NCBI GenBank assembly: GCA_963842525.1
Contig: CAWJGT010000019.1
Coordinates: forward strand, 288,001-352,000
Direction: 5' to 3'
DNA: 64,000 bases
DNA from: an uncultured Holophagales bacterium
GTDB taxonomy: Bacteria > Acidobacteriota > Thermoanaerobaculia > Multivoradales > UBA5704
The number at the start of each line of letters is the position of its first letter. Position 1 is the stretch's first letter. The notes under the pieces are model-generated. The model was given only the letters and a program-made list of their open reading frames with translations. It searched no databases and had not been told where the DNA came from. Of the stretch, positions 1 through 17,589 are shown in pieces. The position numbers and the translations under genes are program-made.

Positions 1-7401
<7,401 letters not shown>

Positions 7402-7405
<4 letters not shown>

Positions 7406-10400
7406 CCCCTGCCAACGACGCCGCGCGCCGCATCGCCGCCCTTTCGCCGGAGCAGCGCGAGCAGCTCCTGCGCGAGCTGGCCAAGGCCAAGCGGGAAGCG
7501 CCGCCCGACCAGCCTCCCACGCCCGTGGCGGCGCCCGTTACCGCCACGGAGCTGCCTCAACTGGTGCCGCGGCCGGAGGAACGCTACCAGCCCTTCCGGC
7601 TGACCGACGTGCAGGAGATGTACTGGTCCGGGCGCAGCCGCCTCTTCGACCTTTGGGCGCCGGGTGGCAACGTCTACATCGAATACGAGCTGCCGGGTGA
7701 CGAGTGGTTCGTCGACCAGCTCGAGCAGGCCATGCGGCGGCTCTGCGACCGCCACGACATCCTCCGCTTCGTGATGCGGCCGGACGGCCGGGGGCAGCTC
7801 CTCCAGCGCCTGCCCCCCTTCCGCTTCGAGCTGGCCAACCTCCGCGACCTCGAGCCGGCAAAGGTGGAGGAGCGGATCGCCGCGGCGCGCGAGCGCTTCC
7901 GCTACCACGAGGGGCCGGCCGGGCAGTGGCCGCTCTTCGGTTTCCTGATCCATTTTTTAGATGGCGGGCGCATCCGCATCCACGTCTGGCTCGACTGCCT
8001 GCTGGTCGACGGCCTGTCGCGCGACAACCTCTGGCGCGACCTGCTCCAGATCCTCGACGACCCGGACAAGGAGCTGCCCCCGCTCGACATCACCTACCGC
8101 GACTACGCCGTGACCTGGGAGGAGATCCGGCAGAGCGAGGCGTACCGCCGCGCCCGCGACTACTGGCAGCGGCGCGTCCCCCAGCTCCCGCCGCCGCTGG
8201 AGCTGCCGCTCGTCGAGAGCCTCGGCCCGCACACGGCCACCCGCTGGGCCGATCAGTTCGCCCCCGTCCTGGAGCCCGAGGCCTGGCAACGCGTCAAGGA
8301 CCGGGCCGCGCGGCTGGGCGTCACGCCGTCGAGCGTGCTGATCTCCGCCTTCGTCGAGACCATCCGCGCCTGGAGCCGCCGGCCGAAGTTCTTTTTCAGC
8401 CTGGAGGGGACCTACTGGCCGCAGGTCCACCCACAGCTCCGCGAGATGGTGGGTAATTTCAATACGATCTACATCCTGGCCGCGGACGATCTGACCGGGA
8501 CGTTCGCCGAGCGCACGCGGCGCCTGCAGGACCAGCTCTCCGAGGTGATCGAGCACCGCGTCTTCACCGGCTTCCAGGTGCTGCGCGAAATCCGCCGCCA
8601 TCTCGGCGGCGGCACGCGAGCCCTCTCGCTGGTGATGTTCAACAGCCTCATCGAGTTCAGGCACGGCAGCTATCAGGACAAGCCCCTGCCCACCGGGGCC
8701 GGTGCCGCACCGGCACCCGCCGTGGTACCCCCCGCCGCGGTTCCGGGCGTGGGCGACGGCCCCGCGCCGCCGCCGGACGCCGGTCCGATGGTGCAGTTCG
8801 AGGAGACCGCGTACATGCCGCAGCTCCTCATGCTGCCGGCCGTGTTCGAGGGCGGAGCGGGGCATCTCGTGGTCAAGTTCCAGACCGTCGAGCACCTCTT
8901 CCCGCCGCGCCTGATCGCCGACCTCCGGGACGCCTTCGTCGGCGTCGTCCGCAAGCTCGCCGACAGCGAGTCGGCCTGGAAGGCGCCTTTTTTTGCCGTG
9001 GCCCCGGCAGCCCACCTGGAACGGCGCGCCGCTCCAAGGGCTCCGATCGCTGCTCCGGCCCAGGCTCCGGCGACGCTCTGGTCCCTCTTCGCCGCGCAGG
9101 CCGCATCGGACCCCGGCCGGCCCGCGGTCGCGGCGCCCGACCGGACGCTCACCTACGGCGAGCTGACCGAACGGGCCGAAACCCTGGCGCGCCGCCTGCT
9201 GGCGCTCGGCGCCGGCCCCAACCAGCTCGTGGCCGCCGTGCTCGACCGCGGCTGGCAGCAGGCCGTCGCCGTCCTCGGCATCCTGCGCTCCGGGGCCGCC
9301 TGCCTGCCGCTGGAGCCTCATGCTCCGGAGAGTCTCCTAGTGGATCTCCTCGCCAAGGGAGTCCGCCTGGCCGTCGGAACGCGGCGCGCCGGGCCGGACG
9401 GGCTCCTCTGGCTGGACCTGGAAGGGGAAGAGGCCGCGGACGACCGCTCCCTGCCCGAAGCGGGGACCCGCGACCTGGCCTGCGCCGTCCTGACCCGCCT
9501 CCCGGCAGGGACCACTGCCTGGGCACTTCTGGAGCACCGCGCCGTGGCGCCGGTCGTCGCCGACCTCGCCCAGCGCCTCGGCCTCGGCACCGGCGACCGG
9601 CTGCTGTCGTTGGCGCCCCCAGGCTCCGACCTTGCCCTCTGCGATCTCCTCGCCCCGCTCGCGGCAGGTGCCGCCGTGGTGCTTCCTGCCGCGGCCGACA
9701 ACGACCCGGCGAGCTGGGCGCGGCTGGCGGCGGAGAGCGGCGCCACCGTCTGGAGCGGCCCTCCGGCCCTGATCGAGCGGATGCTCTCGCGGTTTTCTGG
9801 TCCCATCGCTGGTCCCATCGCCGGTCCAATCGCCGGCCCGCCGCGGCTCGTGCTGCTCGAACGTGACACCGTCCCCGTCACCCTGCCCGGCCGCCTGCGC
9901 GACCTCGCGCCGGACACCCGGGTGTTGGCGCTCGCCGGTTTCCCGGAGACCGCCTGTGCCGCCGCGCTCCACGAGGTCGAAGACGTTCCGGATGCGGCGG
10001 TCCGCATCCCGGCCGGCCGGCCCATCGCCCGCCAGGTCCTCCACGTCCTCGACCACGCCCTGGAGCCGCGTCCCGACTGGGTGGCTGGAGACCTGTACAT
10101 CGGCGGCCCCTGCCTGGCCCGCGGCTATCTGCGCGACGAGGCCGCGGCCCGCAGCCGTTTCCTGGTCCATCCGCGCACCGGCGAGCGCCTCTTCCGCACC
10201 GGCCTCCAGGCCCGCTTCCTCGCGGGAGGCGAGCTCGAGATCCTCGGCCGGGAGCAGGAGATGACCGCCGACATCCTCGGCTATCTCGCCGACCTCCGCC
10301 AGACCGAGGCCGCCCTCGAACGGCAGCCAGGAGTCAGAGCCGCCGTCGTGCGAGCCGAGGAGGACCCCGCAGCCAGAAGGCCCCGGCTCATCGCCTGGGT

Positions 10401-12411
10401 GGTGCCGGAGAACCCTCACCCCCGACCCCTCTCCCATCCGCACTCCCTTCCACCGGGAGAGGGAAGCCCTCACCCAGAGGCTTCCATGGCAGTGCCAGTT
10501 CCCCCCTCTCCCGGGTGGGAGGGAGTGCGGATGGGAGAGGGGGGCCAGGGGGGTGAGGGCCCACTCCCCTGGTACCTCATCCCCGCCGAGATCCACACCC
10601 TCGACGAGCTCCCCCTGGACGCCCACGGCGCCGTCGACCGCGCGGCCTTGCCTGCTGGCATCCCTGCGACTGTGGCGCCGCCGGTCCCTGATCTGACCGC
10701 CGATCCCCTGGTGCAGGATCTTTCCCGCCTCTGGTGCGAGATCCTGGAGATCGATCACGCGGGCGTCGACGACAACTTTTTCGAGCTGGGCGGGACCTCC
10801 TTCACCGCGGTCCGTGTGCTCGCCCGCATCCAGGAACGGGTGCCCGATGCCGGCGACCTCTCCTCGTTCCTCGTCGAGCCGACCGTCCGGCACCTGGCCG
10901 GGCTCCTACGCTCCCGCCGCGGAGAGCAGCCCGTACCCGCGCTGGCCGGCGCGCCGCCGCAACCGGTCTCGCTCTGGCAGCGCCTCACCGGCTGGCTGCG
11001 GCGCAATCCCCCACCCAGGGAGATAACCAAGGAGAACGACATGGCAGCACCCGACGCACAGCGCAGATGGCGGACCTTCCTGATCCTCTGGTTCGGCCAG
11101 ATGATCTCCAACTTCGGCACCGCCCTCGGCAGCTTCGCCCTGGGCGTGTGGGTGTTCCAGCAGAGCGGCAAGGCCACGAATTTCGCCATGGTCGGATTCG
11201 TCGGCATGGGCACCGGCCTGCTGATCACTCCAATCGCCGGCGTCATCGCGGACCGCTTCGACCGCAAGAAGGTGATGCTCTACTCGGATGCCTGCGCCGC
11301 GCTCGGCACGCTGACCATGGCCTGGCTCTTCTACACGGACCAGATGCAGATCTGGATGGTCTATCCCATCGTCATCTGGATGGGCGGCTGGGGCACCTTC
11401 CAGGGGCCGGCCCTGGCCGCCACCATCAGCATGCTCGTGCCGCGCGAGCAACTGGCCCGCGCGAGCGGCATGGGACAGATGGTGGGATCGGTCACCGGCA
11501 TCGTCGCGCCCCTGCTGGCCGCGGCCCTCATCGCGACCATCGGCTACCACGGCGTCATCATGCTCGACTTCGCGACCTTCCTGTGCGCCGCGGCCACCCT
11601 GTTCCTGATCCGCCTGCCGCGTATCGCGGCCATGGATCCGGGCGCGCACCGGCGCTCGCTCCTGCGCGACTCCGCGTTCGGCTGGAAATACATCCGCGAA
11701 CGCAACGGCCTGTTTTCGCTGCTGGTCCTCTTTGCGCTCACCAACTTCAGCATCGGCATGGTCTCGGTCCTGCTCGGGCCGATGATCCTGAGCTTCGGCT
11801 CGCCGGGCGACCTCGGCACCGTCAACGCCGCCGCCGCGGCCGGAGCCCTGCTCGGCGCCCTGGCCCTGACCATCTGGGGCGGCCCCAAGGTCCGGGTCTG
11901 GGGAATCTTCGCCGCGCTGGTGGTGCAGGGGCTCATCCTGCAGCTCGGCGGCATCGAGCCAAGTATCCCGCTGATCGCCGTGGCAGCCTTCATCTTCATG
12001 TCCACCGGCCCGATCGTGGCCGCCTCCAGCCAGGCCATCTGGCAGAGCAAGGTCGCCCATGAGGTCCAGGGCCGCGTCTTCGCGATCCGGCAACTGGTCG
12101 CCATGAGCACCATCCCCTTCGCCTATCTGGTCGCCGGTCCGCTGGTCGACAAGGTCTTCGGCCCCCTGCTCCTGCCAGGCGGTCCGCTGGCCGACAGCGT
12201 CGGCCGGATCGTCGGCGTCGGGCCGGGCCGCGGCGCCGGCCTGATGATCATGGTCCTCGGCCTCTGCATGATCGTCGCCGTCATCATCTCCTTCCTCAAC
12301 CCCCGCCTGCGCAAGGTCGAGCAGGAGCTGCCGGACGTCCAGCTACCCGGCGCCGCCGGCCCGGGCCAGGCACCCCCCGCCGCCCAGCCGGAAGCAGCCG
12401 CTGCCGGCTGA
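7402..12411 (+). CDS. NRPS-like protein Cy - degenerate A - T, continuing in frame into an MFS transporter
   Basis: GTG at 7402 overlaps the upstream TGA. Heterocyclization-type motifs PFRLTDVQ and DCLLVDGLS. A domain with eroded cores, T domain FFELGGTS, and no stop codon before the MFS part. Confidence 0.85.
9799..9834 (+). repeat. 12-bp tandem repeat x3 (GPIA) inside the degenerate A domain
   Basis: ggtcccatcgct ggtcccatcgcc ggtccaatcgcc. Confidence 0.85.
10413..10559. repeat. 147-bp palindromic element (CCCTCACCCCC...CTCTCCC / GGGAGAGGG...GGGGGTGAGGG) inserted in frame in the CDS
   Basis: Inverted arms of about 50 nt; length is 49 codons; same family as 24607-24820 and 27548-27616. Confidence 0.85.
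11041..12411 (+). CDS. MFS transporter (DHA3/macrolide-efflux-like), possible internal start within the fused ORF
   Basis: AAGGAG ribosome-binding site before ATG 11041. LWFGQMIS, GVIADRFDRKK (MFS motif A) and QGRVFA motifs, with many hydrophobic helices. Confidence 0.9.
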   Translation: MAAPDAQRRWRTFLILWFGQMISNFGTALGSFALGVWVFQQSGKATNFAMVGFVGMGTGLLITPIAGVIADRFDRKKVMLYSDACAALGTLTMAWLFYTDQMQIWMVYPIVIWMGGWGTFQGPALAATISMLVPREQLARASGMGQMVGSVTGIVAPLLAAALIATIGYHGVIMLDFATFLCAAATLFLIRLPRIAAMDPGAHRRSLLRDSAFGWKYIRERNGLFSLLVLFALTNFSIGMVSVLLGPMILSFGSPGDLGTVNAAAAAGALLGALALTIWGGPKVRVWGIFAALVVQGLILQLGGIEPSIPLIAVAAFIFMSTGPIVAASSQAIWQSKVAHEVQGRVFAIRQLVAMSTIPFAYLVAGPLVDKVFGPLLLPGGPLADSVGRIVGVGPGRGAGLMIMVLGLCMIVAVIISFLNPRLRKVEQELPDVQLPGAAGPGQAPPAAQPEAAAAG

Positions 12412-12659
12412 ACCTACCCGAGGATCATCCTGGCCTCCCTGCCAACCTCCTGCTCGGAGGGCGGAGGGAGGCGCCCTGTCCGGGCGCGGGCGCATAGCTC
12501 CCTCCCTTGGTTGTGAATACGATCTCCAAAAGTCCCCAAGTTGTCAAGACGTCTCTTGATAAACGAAAGATTATCAGCCACCGTATGCACATTCACGAAG
12601 CACGCGGCGCCAATTCCGGCGCCGGGATGTCTCCGCAAGGAGAGAGAAAGGAAGACAGT

Positions 12660-13049
12660 ATGGCCAAGATCCCTGAATACCTGAACACCCTCAACGGCTG
12701 GATCAAGCTCCTGGCCGCCCTGGCTGCCCACGCGGCCGAGCTTCCCGTACCTGGCCGAACCCGCCGCCCGGCTCGCGAACCTGCTCCAGCAGGCGAACGG
12801 CCTGAGCACCGAGTACAGCGCCCTGACCGCGAACAAGCAGGACGTCGGGCAGAGGCTGCGGCAGGCTCTTCGGGAAGGAGACGCCCTGGCGGCCTTCCTG
12901 CGGAACGGGGCGCGCGAGCGCTTCGGCACCCGCTCGAAATGCTGGTCCAGTTCGGGATGCAGCCGTTCCGCGGCCGCCTCCGGTCGGTGAAGCCGGCACC
13001 CGAGCCGACGGACCCGGAACCCCCCGCTCCTTCTCCTGAGACGGAGTAA
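12660..13049 (+). CDS. Small helical hypothetical protein (frameshifted in this sequence)
   Basis: Purine-rich RBS then MAKIPEYLNTL...; a coherent helical reading (LANLLQQANGLSTEYSALTANKQ) needs two frame changes; Pro-rich tail; followed by a terminator. Confidence 0.55.
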   Translation: MAKIPEYLNTLNGWIKLLAALAAHAAELPVPGRTRRPAREPAPAGERPEHRVQRPDREQAGRRAEAAAGSSGRRRPGGLPAERGARALRHPLEMLVQFGMQPFRGRLRSVKPAPEPTDPEPPAPSPETE

Positions 13050-13066
13050 TCGTAGCCCTCCACTCC

Positions 13067-13098
13067 AAGGGGCGTGCGGACCGCGCGCCCCTTTTCTT
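13067..13098 (+). terminator. Intrinsic terminator
   Basis: AAGGGGCGTGCGG-A-CCGCGCGCCCCTT hairpin followed by TTCTT. Confidence 0.7.
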
Positions 13099-13159
13099 GA
13101 TCCCCACACAACGATGAGGAAAGACGGCCAGGGCTTCCGGGGCGAGCCGGAGGGCTTCC

Positions 13160-13330
13160 GTGCCGATCCGAAGCCCTGGAAAAACTTTTGGAGGGCTCCA
13201 GAAATTTTCCTAAGCCTTCCAGAAATTTTTTGAACCGTCCAGAAATTTTCTGGAAGCCTTCGGAACCGATCCGAAGCCCTGGAAAAACTTTTGGAGCCCT
13301 TCAGATTTTTTCGGAAGGCCTCCAGAACCG
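13160..13330. repeat. Imperfect ~21-bp periodic tandem array with A/T tracts
   Basis: Units such as aagccctggaaaaacttttgg / agggctccagaaattttccta / agccttccagaaattttttga / accgtccagaaattttctgga. Confidence 0.75.
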
Positions 13331-13625
13331 TCCGGCCGTGAGCCCGGCGTACCGAGACGGCGACCTGGTCGACGAGATCGACGGTGACCTCCTCGGCCTC
13401 GGCGGCCTGCTGAAAAAGGAGCAGGGCAGCCATGGCATCGGGATGGACCCCGCCGGCTTCGAAGATGGGGAGCATCTCGGAGGCCTCGCCGGTATCCAGG
13501 AGCTCCTTGGGTACGCGAGTGTCAAAGACCGCCGCCGACCGCGGTCAACGCCTCCGCCTCGCTCTCCCAGACCGTCTGACCTACGCCCTGTCTACCTCGT
13601 TCAGGAGCCAAGCCCGAATCGAGAG

Positions 13626-13651
13626 CCAGAAAACCAGCTTTCTGGTATGAT
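13626..13651 (+). promoter_or_regulatory. Extended -10 promoter (TG-n-TATGAT) with an overlapping inverted-repeat operator for leaderless vapBC
   Basis: CCAGAAA-N6-TTTCTGG palindrome; TATGAT lies 6 nt before ATG 13658; no Shine-Dalgarno. Confidence 0.6.
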
Positions 13652-13657
13652 GGCTCC

Positions 13658-13933
13658 ATGAAGACGACGCTCGATTTACCTGATGACTTGGTGCGTGCGG
13701 TGAAGATCCGCGCCGTCGAGGAGAACAGAAGGCTCAAAGATACGATCGCCGACCTCCTCAGGCGAGGCTTGGCCCACGAGCGCGGCAAGCCGGCGAACGT
13801 ACGTAGACGCCTCAAACTGCCGCTCGTCGAATGTGCTCACGCGGCCCGGCCCAGTGAGGAAATGACCCCCGAGCGGGTGGCGGAAGTACTGCTCGAAGAG
13901 GAGGCCGGGTTGCGCCATGATGCTCTGCGATAG
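13658..13933 (+). CDS. vapB: VapB-family antitoxin (ribbon-helix-helix)
   Basis: MKTTLDLPDDLVRAVKIRA N-terminus; overlaps the PIN toxin gene. Confidence 0.85.
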   Translation: MKTTLDLPDDLVRAVKIRAVEENRRLKDTIADLLRRGLAHERGKPANVRRRLKLPLVECAHAARPSEEMTPERVAEVLLEEEAGLRHDALR

Positions 13934-14384
13934 CAATGTGTGGCTGGCTCTGGCTCTTTCCAAACACGGCCACCACACCATCGCGCGCGAGTGGCTGGAC
14001 ACCGTCCAGGAGCCGGCGACAGTCCTCCTGTGCCGAGCGACGCAGCAGACCTTTCTCCGGCTGCTCACCAACGCGTCAGTCCTGAGCCCGTACGGAAACC
14101 CACCATTGACAAATCGCGAGGCATGGTCAGCCTACGAAACGCTCCTCACCGACGACCGTATTGTCTTCCGGGCGGACGAGCCGGCAGGAGTGGAGCCCCT
14201 GTGGAAAGAGCTTGCTGCACGCAAGACTGCTTCACCCAAGCTCTGGATCGATGCCTACCTCGCCGCCTTCGCTTTGGCCGGACGGTATCGGATGGTAACG
14301 ACGGATGCGGCGTTTCGCCAGTTCCGAGGACTGGATCTCCTGGTTCTCGGCAACGCCTCGGCATCGCTCTCCCAGACCGTCTGA
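13917..14384 (+). CDS. vapC: VapC PIN-domain ribonuclease toxin
   Basis: LCDSNVWLAL, DAYLAAFA and TTDAAF PIN motifs. Confidence 0.92.
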   Translation: MMLCDSNVWLALALSKHGHHTIAREWLDTVQEPATVLLCRATQQTFLRLLTNASVLSPYGNPPLTNREAWSAYETLLTDDRIVFRADEPAGVEPLWKELAARKTASPKLWIDAYLAAFALAGRYRMVTTDAAFRQFRGLDLLVLGNASASLSQTV

Positions 14385-14429
14385 GCCCGATGTCCTGTCG
14401 CGAAGCATGCGACCCTGCACACCTGAGGC

Positions 14430-14535
14430 ATTATGCCGAGTCCCGGATTATGCCGAGTCGCCGACCCGAGTTCGCCCCAACTGCTTGAAAGCAGGGAGGA
14501 TCCCGGTTTCTATCCCTACCTGGGCTCGGCATAAT
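14430..14535. repeat. ATTATGCCGAG(TC) repeats: two direct copies and one inverted copy
   Basis: 14430-14442, 14447-14459 and the reverse complement at 14525-14535. Confidence 0.7.
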
Positions 14536-14676
14536 CAGAGGCTCTCCAAGAAGGCCAGAAGAGGTCGTCCGGTCAAGCCCTCTGACCCTCCTTCCCGGCA
14601 GCCGCTCTCTTGCTAGAACACTGATTTCGATGTCCTCTTTCCTCTGGCCGTACGGCCAGGAAAGGAAAAGACATGG

Positions 14677-15082
14677 TCAATCGGTTCTATAGCGCCCCCT
14701 GGACCTTGCGGCGCCTGCGAAGTGGCCCCCAGGAAAGCCCTGGCACCCAGAAGAGCTCTTGATGTGAGCGACCAGTGTGGATCGCGCCCAGCCATGCTGG
14801 ATGACCTGGGCCGCATACCATTCCCGCTCGGGGCCTTCAGGAACCTTGGTGAGGAGGGTCATGAGGTAGAACCAGGGTAATTGGTCAGCAGGCCGCTGAC
14901 CAATTAGGCACGCGGGGCACATCTGCGCGAAGAACCAGCGGAGCCTTGCGGGAGCTGGCGAGGGCTTCGACGAGCTCTCCGCGCACCCGGCGGTCGCGGA
15001 CCTCCAGGCCGGCCAGGTCGATGGCGTCCAGGAGCTCGTCCCGCTTCAACTGATCTAGTAGAATCTCACGCTTCGAAGGCAT
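14677..15082 (-). pseudogene. Gene remnants: a truncated hypothetical N-terminus joined to a YhcG/DUF1016 fragment
   Basis: QLPWFYLMTLLTKV..EREWYAAQVIQHGWARSTL resembles the DUF1016 N-terminal region; the PD-(D/E)xK C-terminal half is missing. Confidence 0.6.
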
Positions 15083-15530
15083 AGACCTCCCACCGGGTCC
15101 GGCCGCGGCCGGACCCGTGACCCGACTATTTTACAGTGCGAGCGGGGCCGGCGCTCTCGGCGTCGACGGCCAAGGACGCCGAGGTGTGAGTGGCCAAGCC
15201 CCGCGCTCTTTCCCCCGGAATAGGGTAGCTGGCACCTGAGAGGTCGCCCAACAGGCCGGGTTATCGAGGCTGCGGAACAGGTGCTGCGGAACAGGTGCCA
15301 GAGGATTCTTGGGGAACGTGGGTACGAGAGGCCCATGGGGTCTGCACTCAGCCTGTAAATCAACATCCCGCGGCACCCGAGCGAGCCCTTTGGATGCACT
15401 CAAGGAGGATCGAGAGCGATTTTCCCGCACTCTTTGAGATCTGAACGGCGACCGGCGGTAGGCCGGGCACAGCTCCGCGCGAAGGTGGGTGAAGGCGGGA
15501 AGGTTTGAGAGTTGAGGGCGACCTGCCCGG

Positions 15531-16484
15531 CTATCCGGGCACGGGAATGAGACCGCGAGGTGGCTGATCGCTGACGAACGGCAGATGAGGTGGAAAGCTC
15601 CCTGTCGGGAACCGCGTATTCCGGTCGCCGCTCTTGAGCTTGTCCGCCGCCTCACGAAACGCCGCCACGAACCAGCCATAGGCCTCGTAGAGCTCTTTGC
15701 GGATCTTGCGGCTGAAGGCATGGAAAAGCGGGGCGGGAGACATCTTGGTCTTCACCGGCTGATCGGTCGGCTTCTGGCACAGGATCGCCTTGACTCCCAG
15801 AGGTTGGCAATCGGTCTGCTCTCTCTCGGCCGCCGCTTCGGCTTCGATCTCGGCGATGAGCTCAGCGATCTTCGCTCGATACTGCTTCAGCGTGAGATGA
15901 GCCCAGCAGGGTAAGGGCTCGAAGTGCAGGGTCTCGGTCTGCGCGAAGTCCCGTACACCAAAGGACTCGCCCCGCTGACGCGCAGTGTACTCGGCAGTAC
16001 GGCTGAACCAGGTCCCTTCCAACGACCGGCCTTCGAGCAGGGCCGCTGCACAATGCACTCCCGGCCATTGGAGGACCCTGGCCACCAATCCTTCCTTAAC
16101 CCCGTGTGCAATTATATATTTCAGACGTTCGGCCTGAGCTCCGGCCTCGTCGCTGATCACGATGGCCTGATATCGCCGGGCCCAGATGCCGTGCCTCCAA
16201 CCGGTCAGCCTCTGGACCTCAAGAGCCAGGCCGGAATTGACATCGCGCATGAAGTCGGCGAGTTGTTTGGCATCAGTCACGCGGAGGATGAGGTGGTAGT
16301 GATTCGAAGCGAAGGCCGCGGCTATCAGGACGACTTCATAGATTCGTTGCGCGCGCCCGAGGATACCTACGATGATGTCGTTGAGCTCCGGGCTGGGCCG
16401 GAGGAGGAAGCTGCTCTGGACGGTGCGGCAGGTGACCTCGACAAGGGCGCCTCCTTCGGGGATGAATCGCAGTCTCCGGGCCAT
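15531..16484 (-). mobile_element. Y1 (HUH) tyrosine transposase, IS200/RAYT-like
   Basis: MARRLRF start, SNHYHLI HUH motif, W..RY, LKYIIAHGVKEGLV, C-terminal FP.GSFPP. Confidence 0.85.
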
Positions 16485-16884
16485 GGCCGGGCACAGAAGG
16501 CAAGGCGGCTGCCAACTTGGGCTTCGGAGCCAAGCCGTTGATTTCAGGAGGTTTGCCGGAAAGTGGGTGCGGGGCGGCTTCACGTTCGTGTCCAGTTATC
16601 TGGCGGGGGGTAGGGGCGAAATGGCCCGCAAAGGCCCGTCGTTGTTGCATTTTGGTCCGTGTCAAGTGATTAGGCGGGGGCGCAGAATCTTTTGCGGGCG
16701 ACCCAAATCGCGGTGTTTCGGGGGTTGGAACGTCGCGTACAGGGCGGGATAGCACATCGAGGGCGGGGTAATCGTGGCCTTCTTCCGCGGAAAGCACGGG
16801 CAGGCGTGTCCGCCAAGGATCCCGAGGATCCTGGCACCTCAAGGGGCGGTCCCTCCCCCACCTTCTCCCTGCTCAGCTCCACCT

Positions 16885-16915
16885 AAGACGTTGCGGAAAG
16901 CTTCCGCAACGTCTT
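16885..16915. terminator. Perfect 14-bp hairpin downstream of the Cys-rich peptide gene
   Basis: AAGACGTTGCGGAA-agc-TTCCGCAACGTCTT. Confidence 0.65.
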
Positions 16916-16947
16916 TCCCGAAGCGGTGGATTGGGCGGGGTGCCCCG

Positions 16948-17304
16948 TCAGAACTCGATGCAGTTCGAGGAGGCCGGGCAACTGCGGGTGATGCCGTTGC
17001 AGGTGATCGCGCAGCCGGTGTGCTGGCAGTTGCCCGAGGTGCTCTGGCACTTCCAGTAGGGCTGGCCCGGGCAGAACAGCCAGGCGGTGCAGGTGCCGCC
17101 GCTCCAGGTGATATAGGTCGAACGGTTCTCCGGCGCCGGCGTCAGAAAATCTGGCAGGGCCTCGGGCGCGAGCGGGCTGGCCGGGGCGAGTTGGGCGGTC
17201 GGGGCCGGCGAGTCGGCCTCGGGAACGGCGGGGACCTCCACTTGCGCCGCGTAGAGGAAGGAGGAGAACAAAACCAGACCTGCGCCCAGGATCAGGTGTT
17301 TCAT
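16948..17304 (-). CDS. Small secreted protein with a Pro/Ala linker and an 8-Cys C-terminal domain
   Basis: RBS AGAGGAGG; signal peptide MKHLILGAGLVLFSSFLYAA; 8 Cys in the last ~48 aa. Confidence 0.8.
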   Translation of the reverse strand: MKHLILGAGLVLFSSFLYAAQVEVPAVPEADSPAPTAQLAPASPLAPEALPDFLTPAPENRSTYITWSGGTCTAWLFCPGQPYWKCQSTSGNCQHTGCAITCNGITRSCPASSNCIEF

Positions 17305-17589
17305 GACGGGACCTCCTCTTGAAGGCGGCGAGCGGATTTGCGCGCCGCAAACTCCGACGATCCGCTCGCGCTCGGAGGCGGGCGGCGATGCTGCGAGACA
17401 ACCGGAGCCGCTCTTCCGTGGCAGGAACCTAAGGGGGATCGCTCGTCGCGGCTCGAAACAGGAAGCTTTTAGCACATCGAGTTTCGTCTATCAAGGAGAC
17501 GGGACTGGCGTCGTGTGCTGCGGCCTAAAAGCATACTGCCCCCTGCCCCCCCGGATTGGGGGACAGGGATGGGTTCGATGGAGGGAGGG

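Noticed and set aside
13160-13330. CRISPR array
   Set aside because: Units are contiguous, degenerate 20-21-mers with no unique spacers, and there are no cas genes
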